A DNA stretch of 64,000 nt from Gemmatimonadales bacterium. GTDB lineage: Bacteria > Gemmatimonadota > Gemmatimonadetes > Gemmatimonadales > GWC2-71-9. The notes under the pieces were generated by a model. The model was not told the origin of the DNA. It searched no databases and was given only the letters and a program-made list of their open reading frames with translations. This document shows, piece after piece, positions 22,788 through 30,024 of this stretch; position 1 is the stretch's first letter, and each line of letters opens with the position of its first letter. Location: assembly GCA_035601235.1 (NCBI GenBank), contig DATNOR010000038.1, forward strand, positions 4,858 through 68,857, read 5' to 3'. The position numbers were made by a program, and so were the translations under genes.

Positions 22788-23830
22788 GGAGCCCGCTCGG
22801 CGACCGTCACCGGCCCGGCGCGAATCAGCAGGCGCGCCGCCCCGCGGCGCTTGGCGTTCTCGGTTCTCACGGCGTCGACGCGTCGCTGCCACTCCGTGCG
22901 CGCCGGCGCGTTGGCGCGAATGTTGGCCTCGATCGGCCGGGGTTGGTGTGCGAAGAATCCCACCAGCCCTGCGATGCTGACGGCGGCGGCCACGGCGAAC
23001 CGGGCCCCCGTGGCCTCGCCACTGCGGCCGAACAGCGAGGGGAGCGCCACCACGGCGCCGCCCGCGACGGCTCCCGCGGCCAGCGAGCCCAGTGCCGGCG
23101 TCGCCGATGTACGCTCCGGCAGGAGCGCTGGCGCGGTCGGCAGCGCCGGCCAGGGGAGCGTATCGGGCGGCACCTGCGTGATGTCGAGCGTGACCTGGAG
23201 CGGACGCGGCCCGTCTTCCAGCGGCGGGCGCGGGGCCACATGCAGCACGTAACGGCCCTCGTCCGGGAGCGTTCCGGCCGCCGTGAGGCCGTCCCATTTC
23301 ACCGCGAGACTGTCGGCGACCGGTCCGTCGTACAGCATGCGCACCAGCGTCCCGTCGTCGCGCGCCAGCGTCGCCGTCACCGACTGCACCGACGTCGTGA
23401 CCAGACGCGCGGTGAACCACTCGAGGCGGGCATGCAGCTCGGTGACGGGCGGGACCTGCACGCTCAGGACCTTGGTCGAGCGACGCACTTCCTCGTACAG
23501 GTTGGTGACCTGCGGTGGGAAAATGAGCTCGTCCGGCCGGTAGCGCGGATCGAGCCGCACCAATGCCCGAAAGGCCGCGGCGGCGGAATCGCGCTGCTGC
23601 TGGAACAGCTCCGTGGCCGCGAGATACGACAGGGCCCGCGCTCGTTGCGAGTCGGGAAGCGAGCTGGGCTCCCGGCGCAGCAGGCTCTCGCGCAACAGCG
23701 CTACCGCGGCATCGTACTCGAGCTTTTGATAGGCGCGGACGCCCTGCTGCAGCAGATCGCCGGCCGACTGGGCCGGCAGCCGTACGGTGGCGGCGACGAG
23801 GAGCGCGAGGGCCAGCAGGGCACGGGGCAC
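22784..23830 (-). CDS. Membrane-anchored protein: signal peptide, TPR-like N-terminal region, FlgD-Ig-like domain, C-terminal TM helices
   Basis: 348 aa. MPRALLALALLVAATVRLPAQS signal peptide. TATLARDDGTLVRMLYDGPVADSLAVKWDGLTAAGTLPDEGRYVLHV resembles the FlgD Ig-like pattern. Hydrophobic segments LGSLAAGAVAGGAVVAL and FAVAAAVSIAGLVGFF. Confidence 0.7.
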   Translation of the reverse strand: MPRALLALALLVAATVRLPAQSAGDLLQQGVRAYQKLEYDAAVALLRESLLRREPSSLPDSQRARALSYLAATELFQQQRDSAAAAFRALVRLDPRYRPDELIFPPQVTNLYEEVRRSTKVLSVQVPPVTELHARLEWFTARLVTTSVQSVTATLARDDGTLVRMLYDGPVADSLAVKWDGLTAAGTLPDEGRYVLHVAPRPPLEDGPRPLQVTLDITQVPPDTLPWPALPTAPALLPERTSATPALGSLAAGAVAGGAVVALPSLFGRSGEATGARFAVAAAVSIAGLVGFFAHQPRPIEANIRANAPARTEWQRRVDAVRTENAKRRGAARLLIRAGPVTVAERAP

Positions 23831-23832
23831 CG

Positions 23833-25500
23833 TCAGCGCTCCACCAGGGCGATGTCCGTGATCCGCAGCCGCTGGCCGGCGGCCAGCTCGATCATGCGCT
23901 CATACGGACGGAACCCGTCGCGCTCGACTCGCAGGCGGTGCGATCCCGGTGGCACCTGAAGATCGATCTGCGGCGTGTTGCCCACCGGTTGGCCGTCGAT
24001 GTACACGCTCCCCCAGGGAATCGAGTTGACCGACAGCAGGGCCGGCTCCGAGGGTCGTGGCGCCGGCCGCGCGACGCGCGGCGGCGCCGGGGAGACCGCC
24101 GGGGTGGTGCGCCGGACCACTGGTGTCCGTTTGATGGGTGTGGGCTCCGGGCGGCGCGCCGTCTCGCGCCGGGGCTCGGGCGGCGCTGGCTCGACGGCGC
24201 GCGGGGCCGGCGCAGCCGCCGGGGGCTCGCGCGCCGCGATCCCCGCGGTGTCGACGCCGCGGCGCTCGGGTGCGGGCGAGGGCACCGACTCGGCCGCCGG
24301 AATGCTGGCGTCGTAGGTGCTCGTCTGGGAGGCAGGCGCGGACGACGTGCCGAGCCAGACCGCGCCGCCCAGGACGACGATCACGCCGGCGGCGACGATG
24401 AAGCGCCCGGTGTGACGCGTCGGCGGAGGCGGCGGCCGCTCCATCTCGTCGTCTTGCTCGTCGTCGTCGGCGACGATCACGACCGGCGAGCGCGGGCCCC
24501 GCCCCCGCTGCTGCGGCGTCGCTTCGAACCAGGACGCCGCGGGCGCGGCCGCCGGCGCGGCAGCCATGGGGCCGCCCAGGGCGGTGACGAAGTCGAGCAC
24601 CGTGGGAAACCGCTCGGCGGGCCGGCTGCTCAAGGCCCGGCGCAGCGCCTGGGACACGTGCAGGGGGATGTCGCTGCGGCCGTCCAACAGTCTCGAGAGC
24701 GGGGGCGCGTCGCGCACCGGCGTTCCCGTCAAGCACTCGTACGCGAGCGCCGCCAGCGCGTACTGATCGGCGCGCGGCCCGGGCTCGCTCGCGCGTGCTT
24801 CGTCGGGTGGAACCTGCAACACGCCTCCGACCAGGAAGTCGCTCACCTGCACCCACTCGTTCGCGCCGACGTTGACGCAGTCGGAGCGCAAACCGCCGTG
24901 CGCCAACCCCCGGCGGTGCGCGTGATCGAGCGCACTCGCTACCTGCTCCAGGATGCGGACGCAGGTCGCGAGCTCGAGCGCGCCCACGGTCTCGAGCATG
25001 CTCTCGAGCGACCGCCCGTCCGCCCGTTTGGTGGCGTACCACAGAAAATGGTCGGTGCAGCCGAAGCGAGACGGCGGGAGGATGTGCGAGTGCTCGAGCT
25101 GCATGGCGGCCTCGGCGGCGCGCGCGAACCGATCCGCCGCCGCTCCCAGCTGCTGGCGCGCGACGGCCTTGAGCGTCAACGGGCGATCGGCTTCCCAGGC
25201 GAGATACACGATCGGCTCGGGCGACCCGCGCAACAGTGTCTCGATGCGAAACTCGGCCGCCAGCTCGCGCCGCGCGTCGAGCTCGGTCGGCACGAAGTCG
25301 GGCTCCTCGGCCACGGCTGTCGGGGCCTGCGAGCCGCGCGGGTCGGTCGGCGTGGCGCGCCGGCCGCGAGCGGAGCGGGCCGGGGGCGTGGGCTGGGCAC
25401 CCTCACCGGTCGCCGCCAGCGCGTCGGGCGCATAGCCGCACAGCACGCAGGCCCGCGCGCCCTCGGGGATGTCGGCGAGCAAACAGCGGGGACAGCGCAT
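23833..25500 (-). CDS. Ser/Thr protein kinase-like pseudokinase with an N-terminal zinc ribbon, one TM helix and a C-terminal PEGA domain
   Basis: 555 aa. MRCPRCLLADIPEGARACVLCGY is a CxxC...CxxC ribbon. The kinase fold is recognisable (LTLKAV, LWYATKRADGRSL, VSDF, ALAALAYECLTG). The catalytic loop reads HAHRRGLAHGGLRSDCVNV instead of HRDLKPxN. TM helix FIVAAGVIVVLGGAVWLG. The PEGA-like end is SIPWGSVYIDGQPVGNTP...PGSHRLRVERDGFRPY. Confidence 0.85.
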   Translation of the reverse strand: MRCPRCLLADIPEGARACVLCGYAPDALAATGEGAQPTPPARSARGRRATPTDPRGSQAPTAVAEEPDFVPTELDARRELAAEFRIETLLRGSPEPIVYLAWEADRPLTLKAVARQQLGAAADRFARAAEAAMQLEHSHILPPSRFGCTDHFLWYATKRADGRSLESMLETVGALELATCVRILEQVASALDHAHRRGLAHGGLRSDCVNVGANEWVQVSDFLVGGVLQVPPDEARASEPGPRADQYALAALAYECLTGTPVRDAPPLSRLLDGRSDIPLHVSQALRRALSSRPAERFPTVLDFVTALGGPMAAAPAAAPAASWFEATPQQRGRGPRSPVVIVADDDEQDDEMERPPPPPTRHTGRFIVAAGVIVVLGGAVWLGTSSAPASQTSTYDASIPAAESVPSPAPERRGVDTAGIAAREPPAAAPAPRAVEPAPPEPRRETARRPEPTPIKRTPVVRRTTPAVSPAPPRVARPAPRPSEPALLSVNSIPWGSVYIDGQPVGNTPQIDLQVPPGSHRLRVERDGFRPYERMIELAAGQRLRITDIALVER

Positions 25501-26264
25501 TACGGCACCAGGACCGAGAAGGGGGCGCTCTCCATGGTGCCCAGCTGAGGATGGCTGGCCCGCAGCGTGTAATAGTCGGTCCCCGCCTGGTCGATGCTCA
25601 GGTCCGTGAAAATAGCGACGCCATTCACGGCGGGTTGGAGCAGCGTACCGCCCAACGTACCTGGCTTGAGCAGGCCGCCGTTATGGCCGATGGCGATCGT
25701 TATGCTGCCGCTGAACGTGGTCACGATATTGTTCTGGTCGTCCACAGCCGCGACTCGCACCGGCGGCGAGATCGTCGCGCCTGGCGACGTGTTGGTCGGC
25801 TGTCCCACGAACGCAAGCTTGGTGGCCGGGCCGGGCGTCGGAGTCGCCGTGATGTCGAACGGGTTGCTCGTATCCCCCGCGAGCGGGGTCGCCGTTGCGG
25901 TGAGTGTATACCCCGTGCCGATCTGGTCGATACGTAAGTTAGCGTAAGTCGCGACACCGTTCACTGCGGCGACGGTGGTCGTACCGGTCAGGTTCGCATC
26001 CCCCAAGACGGCTCCGTGGCCAATGGCGACCTTCACGTTCCCCGTAAAGCTCGTCACCACGTTCCCGGCCGAATCGAATGCCGTGACCTGCACCGGCGGG
26101 ATAATGCTGTCCTTCATGGTGCTGTGTGGTTGGGTCGTGAACCTGAGCTGGCTGGCCTGAGACCCAGCGCGCGATGCGCGCACGCCGCCGGAAGGCTGGA
26201 ACAGCTTGTCGAAATGACAGCCGAGAGCAACGGCCGCGAGCAGCGCCAGGCGCAGTGTCTTCAT
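25500..26264 (-). CDS. Lipoprotein with tandem Ig-like repeats
   Basis: Start chosen at ATG 26264 (MKTLRLALLAAVALGCHFDK, lipobox). There are two clear repeats (VAAVNGVATYANLRIDQIGTGYTLTATA and QPAVNGVAIFTDLSIDQAGTDYYTLRAS), with a third weaker N-terminal unit possible. The stop shares one base with the kinase ATG (TAATG). It is visibly less GC-rich than the flanking genes. Confidence 0.75.
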   Translation of the reverse strand: MKTLRLALLAAVALGCHFDKLFQPSGGVRASRAGSQASQLRFTTQPHSTMKDSIIPPVQVTAFDSAGNVVTSFTGNVKVAIGHGAVLGDANLTGTTTVAAVNGVATYANLRIDQIGTGYTLTATATPLAGDTSNPFDITATPTPGPATKLAFVGQPTNTSPGATISPPVRVAAVDDQNNIVTTFSGSITIAIGHNGGLLKPGTLGGTLLQPAVNGVAIFTDLSIDQAGTDYYTLRASHPQLGTMESAPFSVLVP

Positions 26265-26378
26265 AGCGCTTGGGGGCATGCAAGCGTCGCACCGCGTCGG
26301 CGGGGGTGGTGTACCGGCGTGTAGGGAGATTTCCTGACGGCTCGCCGCGGTCGTGTGGCCTCGACGCAACGGGTGCGG

Positions 26379-26417
26379 CGAAAACACAACGGCCGGCGTC
26401 GATTCGACGCCGGCCGT
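26379..26417 (-). terminator. Rho-independent terminator after the SdrD-B-like gene
   Basis: Perfect 13-bp GC-rich stem (26389..26401 pairs with 26405..26417) with a 3-nt loop. On the minus strand it is followed by TGTGTTTTCG. It lies 22 nt downstream of the stop at 26440. Confidence 0.7.
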
Positions 26418-26439
26418 ATATGCTTTGGCTACGCCTTCC

Positions 26440-27051
26440 TTACGGAGTCACGTTGGCGAAGTCGATGAAGTCGGCGCTGCTCCCCGAGTAAATGGGGTCT
26501 GCGCTGAAGGTGATGGTGTACCCGAACCCACCCGGGCACGCAGCCCCGTAGCCGGGGAAAGTCTCACGCCAAGTGGCCTGCAGCACTTCGCAGACCGTGT
26601 ACGTGCCTGCCGGCAGCCCCGAGAAGAGGTAGTTCCCCGAAGCGTCCGTCGTCACCCCGCCCGAGACCGGACCAGTGAGCTGGACGCACCAGCCCTCGAG
26701 GCCGCTCCATGGCGCGAAGTCCTGGTACACCTGGCCGTCGATCGCCATGGTTCCACCACCGGCGGGTGCGCTCCCGCACGTCCCTGTCGTGGTCGGAGGC
26801 GGAGGAGGGGGCGGAGGCGTCCCCGGGTCCGTTACGGGATCTGGACACTTGTTGATGGTTTCGCCCGGGCGCAGCTCCGCACGCATCGCGCAGTGCGCCG
26901 CGTCGTGACCCAGACCCGGATTGTCGAGCGACCCGGAAGCGCGGTTTGCGCCGCTCTTTGGCTTGATCTGGCGCGTGGGTCGATCCTGGGCCACGCCCGC
27001 GACCAGCGGCGCGGCGACCAAGGCGAGAAGGACCACGAATACTCGGTTCAC
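26440..27051 (-). CDS. Secreted protein with a poly-Pro linker and an SdrD B-like/Cna-B-type (prealbumin-fold) domain
   Basis: 203 aa with a GTG start preceded by AGGAGAG. Signal peptide MNRVFVVLLALVAAPLVAGVA, a PPPPPPPP linker, and TDASGNYLFSGLPAGTYTVCE typical of SdrD B-like repeats. Confidence 0.8.
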   Translation of the reverse strand: MNRVFVVLLALVAAPLVAGVAQDRPTRQIKPKSGANRASGSLDNPGLGHDAAHCAMRAELRPGETINKCPDPVTDPGTPPPPPPPPTTTGTCGSAPAGGGTMAIDGQVYQDFAPWSGLEGWCVQLTGPVSGGVTTDASGNYLFSGLPAGTYTVCEVLQATWRETFPGYGAACPGGFGYTITFSADPIYSGSSADFIDFANVTP

Positions 27052-27307
27052 AGTGTCTCTCCTAGCTCAGTAGGGCTGAGGAGGGGCGCTGCGCCCTCAG
27101 CGAACAGCCAAGTGGTGCGTATTTCCCTAGAACCACCCGGCACGATGAAGTTCGCGCAGACTGGCCTGGAGGGCTGTGTGGCGCATCACGCGGTCGCCTA
27201 ACGTCAAGTGCGCCGGGCACTTGGATGGAGCAAGCTCAATTTGTGCTGGGACAGGCCGGCCCTGCCGCCGCGGCGCGTGCTACGCTAGGTTGTTCTGCTG
27301 CACTTAC

Positions 27308-27381
27308 GGCGGCGTAGCTCAGCTGGTTAGAGCAGCGGAATCATAATCCGCGGGTCGTCGGTTCGAGTCCGACCGCCGCTA
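27308..27381 (+). tRNA. tRNA with anticodon CAT (Met; tRNA-Ile2 if C34 is lysidinylated)
   Basis: Manual cloverleaf. Acceptor GGCGGCG/CGCCGCT with G1-U72. D arm GCTC-AGCTGGTTA-GAGC. Anticodon arm GCGGA-ATCATAA-TCCGC with CAT at 27342..27344. Variable loop GGGTC. T arm GTCGG-TTCGAGT-CCGAC. Discriminator A. No encoded CCA. Confidence 0.9.
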
Positions 27382-27395
27382 CTAGGAGCCAAGGC

Positions 27396-29327
27396 GTGCC
27401 TACGCCCGTCCCCGGGACGTACCGACCCAAGCGCGCCGTACTCCTCGGAGCCCTCGTGCTGCTCCTTTGCACGTGTCGCTCTTCCCGCACACCGGCGTGG
27501 CTGGCCGAGCGGGCTCGTCAGGAAGCCGAGTTGGCCGCGCGTTCCTCGGTACCGCACGATTTCCGCTTCACCGATCGCCTGCAGGTGAGCGGCATCACGT
27601 TCGAGAATCGCGTGGTGGACGACGCGGGCAAGAGATACAAGCTCGCGCACTACGACCACGGGAACGGACTGTGCGCCGCGGATGTGGACGGCGACGGTCT
27701 GCCCGATCTCTATTTGGTGACCCAGCTGGGCACCAACCAGCTGTGGAAGAACCTCGGGCAAGGCCGTTTCGTGGACATCACCGCCCGAGCCGGGTTGGCG
27801 ATGCCGGACGAGATCGCGGTGGGGTGCGCGTTCGCCGACATCGACAACGACGGCGATCCCGACCTGTTCGTCACGACCGTGCGCCACGGGAACCGGCTGT
27901 TCGAGCACCTAGGCAACGGCACGTTTCGCGACATTACCGCGCAGGCGGGCGTGGGATACAGCGGCCACTCTTCCGGCGCCGTGTTCTTCGACTATGACGG
28001 CGACGGCCTGCTCGACCTGTTCGTGACCAACGTGGGTGTGTACACCAGCAACGTGCGGGGGCCGGGCGGCTACTATGTCGCGCTGGAGGACGCCTTCACC
28101 GGCCATCTCCACCCCGAGCGTGCGGAAGCGAGCATCCTCTACCACAACCTCGGCGGGAATCGCTTCAAGGACGTGAGTAGCGAGGTCGGGTTGGTGGACA
28201 AGAGCTGGAGCGGCGACGCCACGGCCGTCGACCTGAACGACGACGGCTTCCCCGACCTCTACGTCCTGGACATGCAGGGGGGGAATCACGTCTGGCTCAA
28301 CGAGGGTGGCAAGCATTTTCGCGACGCGACCGCGCGATACTTCCCGAAGACCTCCTGGGGATCGATGGGCGTGAAGGCGTTCGACTTCGATGGCGACGGT
28401 CGACTCGACCTCTTCACCACCAACATGCACGCGGACATGTGGGTCGACCTCCGCGCCGGCGACTGGGCGGGCGAGATGCGCAAAGACGACTCGTCGCAAG
28501 TGTCGGGTAAGTTGTTCCCGAACGGGAAGGGCGGCCTCATCTTCGGAAACGCGTTGTTCGCGAACCGCGGGGGCGGCCGATTCGAGGAGGTGTCGGATAC
28601 CGTCGGGGTCGAGACGTATTGGCCCTGGGGGCCGACTGTGGACGACTTCAACGCCGACGGTTGGGACGACATCTTCATCGCGGCGGGCATGAACTTCCCC
28701 TTCCGCTACGGAATCAACTCGCTGCTCTTGAACGGGGGAGGGCATCACTTCCTTCCGAGCGAGTTCGTGCTGGGGGTCGAGCCGCGGCCCACCGGCACAC
28801 AGCAGGTCTGGTTCACGCTCGAGTGCCAGGGCGTGGATCGGGGCCACCCCTTCTGTGCCGCCTGCGCTCATCCGGAGGCGACGGCGGGGGAGTGCCGGCT
28901 CGATGCCGCGGGCCACCTGACCATGATGGCCGCGCGCGGTAGCCGTTCCGCGCTGGCCCTCGACTTGGACGGCGACGGCGATCTCGACATCGTCACCAAC
29001 GAGTTCAACGCCGGACCGCAGGTGCTGGTGAGCGATCTTGCGCAACGCCACCCGGTCCACTTCCTGAAGGTGCGGCTGCGCGGCACCCGCTCCAATCGCG
29101 AGGGGCTCGGCGCGCAGGTCACGGTCGTGCTTCCCGACGGGCGCCGGATATTGAAGCTGATGGATGGAAAGTCGGGATACCTCTCCCAGAGCGCCCTGCC
29201 ACTCTATTTCGGCCTCGCGGGCGCTGACCACGCCGGAGCAATCGAAGTGCGCTGGCCGTCGGGTCGGCGCCAGAGCGTGGCTGGTCCCCTCAAGTCCGGG
29301 CAGACGATCGACGTCGTCGAGCCGTAA
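27396..29327 (+). CDS. CRTAC1-family protein (FG-GAP/VCBS repeats + ASPIC/UnbV C-terminal domain), lipoprotein
   Basis: 643 aa. GTG start with AGGAG 8 nt upstream. Signal LLGALVLLLCTC. Repeated DxDGDGxxDL motifs (DVDGDGLPDLY, DIDNDGDPDLF, DYDGDGLLDLF, DFDGDGRLDLF, DLDGDGDLDIV). C-terminal GLGAQVTV...GYLSQSALPLYFGL...VRWPSG. Confidence 0.9.
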   Translation: MPTPVPGTYRPKRAVLLGALVLLLCTCRSSRTPAWLAERARQEAELAARSSVPHDFRFTDRLQVSGITFENRVVDDAGKRYKLAHYDHGNGLCAADVDGDGLPDLYLVTQLGTNQLWKNLGQGRFVDITARAGLAMPDEIAVGCAFADIDNDGDPDLFVTTVRHGNRLFEHLGNGTFRDITAQAGVGYSGHSSGAVFFDYDGDGLLDLFVTNVGVYTSNVRGPGGYYVALEDAFTGHLHPERAEASILYHNLGGNRFKDVSSEVGLVDKSWSGDATAVDLNDDGFPDLYVLDMQGGNHVWLNEGGKHFRDATARYFPKTSWGSMGVKAFDFDGDGRLDLFTTNMHADMWVDLRAGDWAGEMRKDDSSQVSGKLFPNGKGGLIFGNALFANRGGGRFEEVSDTVGVETYWPWGPTVDDFNADGWDDIFIAAGMNFPFRYGINSLLLNGGGHHFLPSEFVLGVEPRPTGTQQVWFTLECQGVDRGHPFCAACAHPEATAGECRLDAAGHLTMMAARGSRSALALDLDGDGDLDIVTNEFNAGPQVLVSDLAQRHPVHFLKVRLRGTRSNREGLGAQVTVVLPDGRRILKLMDGKSGYLSQSALPLYFGLAGADHAGAIEVRWPSGRRQSVAGPLKSGQTIDVVEP

Positions 29328-29330
29328 CCG

Positions 29331-29939
29331 CTAGCGCTGTTGCAGGTCCCTCCACACGACCGGCCGGATGTCGCGCGAGCGCTCGGCGGCGTACGCCTGC
29401 GCGGTGCGCAGCAGGGCCTCGTATTCGGACCGCCACTCGGGCGGCATGTTGACCCGAAAGTAGCCGGCCGTCATCACGTCGCCCGCGGGGCGCTCGGCCG
29501 TGCCGTGGCCCACCGCCACGACGTCGCCCAGAAAGCAGGTCGAGCTGCCGGTGTCCATCACGTTCACCACGCTGCACTCGAAGTGCGCGTAGCAGTCGTC
29601 CAACACCGGGACGCCGAGCGTGCCGGGTCGGTGCGCGATGCCGGCCAGCTTGTCGCGCGCCCGGCCGCTCACGAACCCGAGGCGGTGGATCAGCTCGAAC
29701 TGATCGTCGCGCAGCAGGTGCAGCACGAAGCGACCGGTCTCGAAGATCAGGTCGTGGCTGAAGTTGAACTTGTGGATGTAGACCGACAGCCGCGGCACGG
29801 TGGGAGCGATCGACGCGCGCACGGCGCTGTCCGAGATCATGCCGTTGCGCTTGCCGTCACGCTGGCACGTGATCGCCACGACGGGCGAGGTCAGATGGCG
29901 CAGCAGCTGGTAAACCTGGTCGGGCTCGAGCTTTGGCAT
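29331..29939 (-). CDS. Flavin reductase-like (FMN-binding split-barrel) protein
   Basis: Start chosen at ATG 29939 (MPKLEPDQVYQLLRHLTSPVVAITCQRDGKRNGMISDSAV). The pattern is typical of the flavin reductase domain. Confidence 0.8.
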   Translation of the reverse strand: MPKLEPDQVYQLLRHLTSPVVAITCQRDGKRNGMISDSAVRASIAPTVPRLSVYIHKFNFSHDLIFETGRFVLHLLRDDQFELIHRLGFVSGRARDKLAGIAHRPGTLGVPVLDDCYAHFECSVVNVMDTGSSTCFLGDVVAVGHGTAERPAGDVMTAGYFRVNMPPEWRSEYEALLRTAQAYAAERSRDIRPVVWRDLQQR

Positions 29940-30001
29940 GGCCCTATTCTCGGGGCCCTGGAGGCGCGCGGCAAGGCGCCGCGCCGCCGCCCCGCCTATC
30001 A

Positions 30002-30024
30002 TTGATATACTACTATACTACTGT
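30002..30024 (+). promoter_or_regulatory. AT-rich patch with a duplicated TATACT hexamer immediately upstream of the tilS ATG (candidate -10, leaderless start)
   Basis: ttgatatactactatactactgt contains TATACT at 30006..30011 and 30014..30019, within the direct repeat atactact x2. The second hexamer ends 5 nt before ATG 30025. No Shine-Dalgarno sequence is present. Confidence 0.3.

Noticed and set aside
23833-25500. Annotating the gene as an active Ser/Thr protein kinase
   Set aside because: The catalytic loop HGGLRSDC lacks both the catalytic Asp and the Asn, and the Gly-rich loop is degenerate. It is called a pseudokinase pending alignment and assay.
27060-27110. Small hairpin (GCTGAGG...CCTCAGC) near 27075..27105 as a regulatory RNA
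   Set aside because: The stem is only 7 bp, and it sits in the 5' UTR of the SdrD-B-like gene with no conservation evidence available. That is too weak to call.
25500-29327. Integrated mobile element or genomic island at the tRNA gene
   Set aside because: There is no integrase, transposase or phage gene, and I found no direct repeat of the tRNA 3' end. Only a modest compositional shift is reported, as a low-interest finding.
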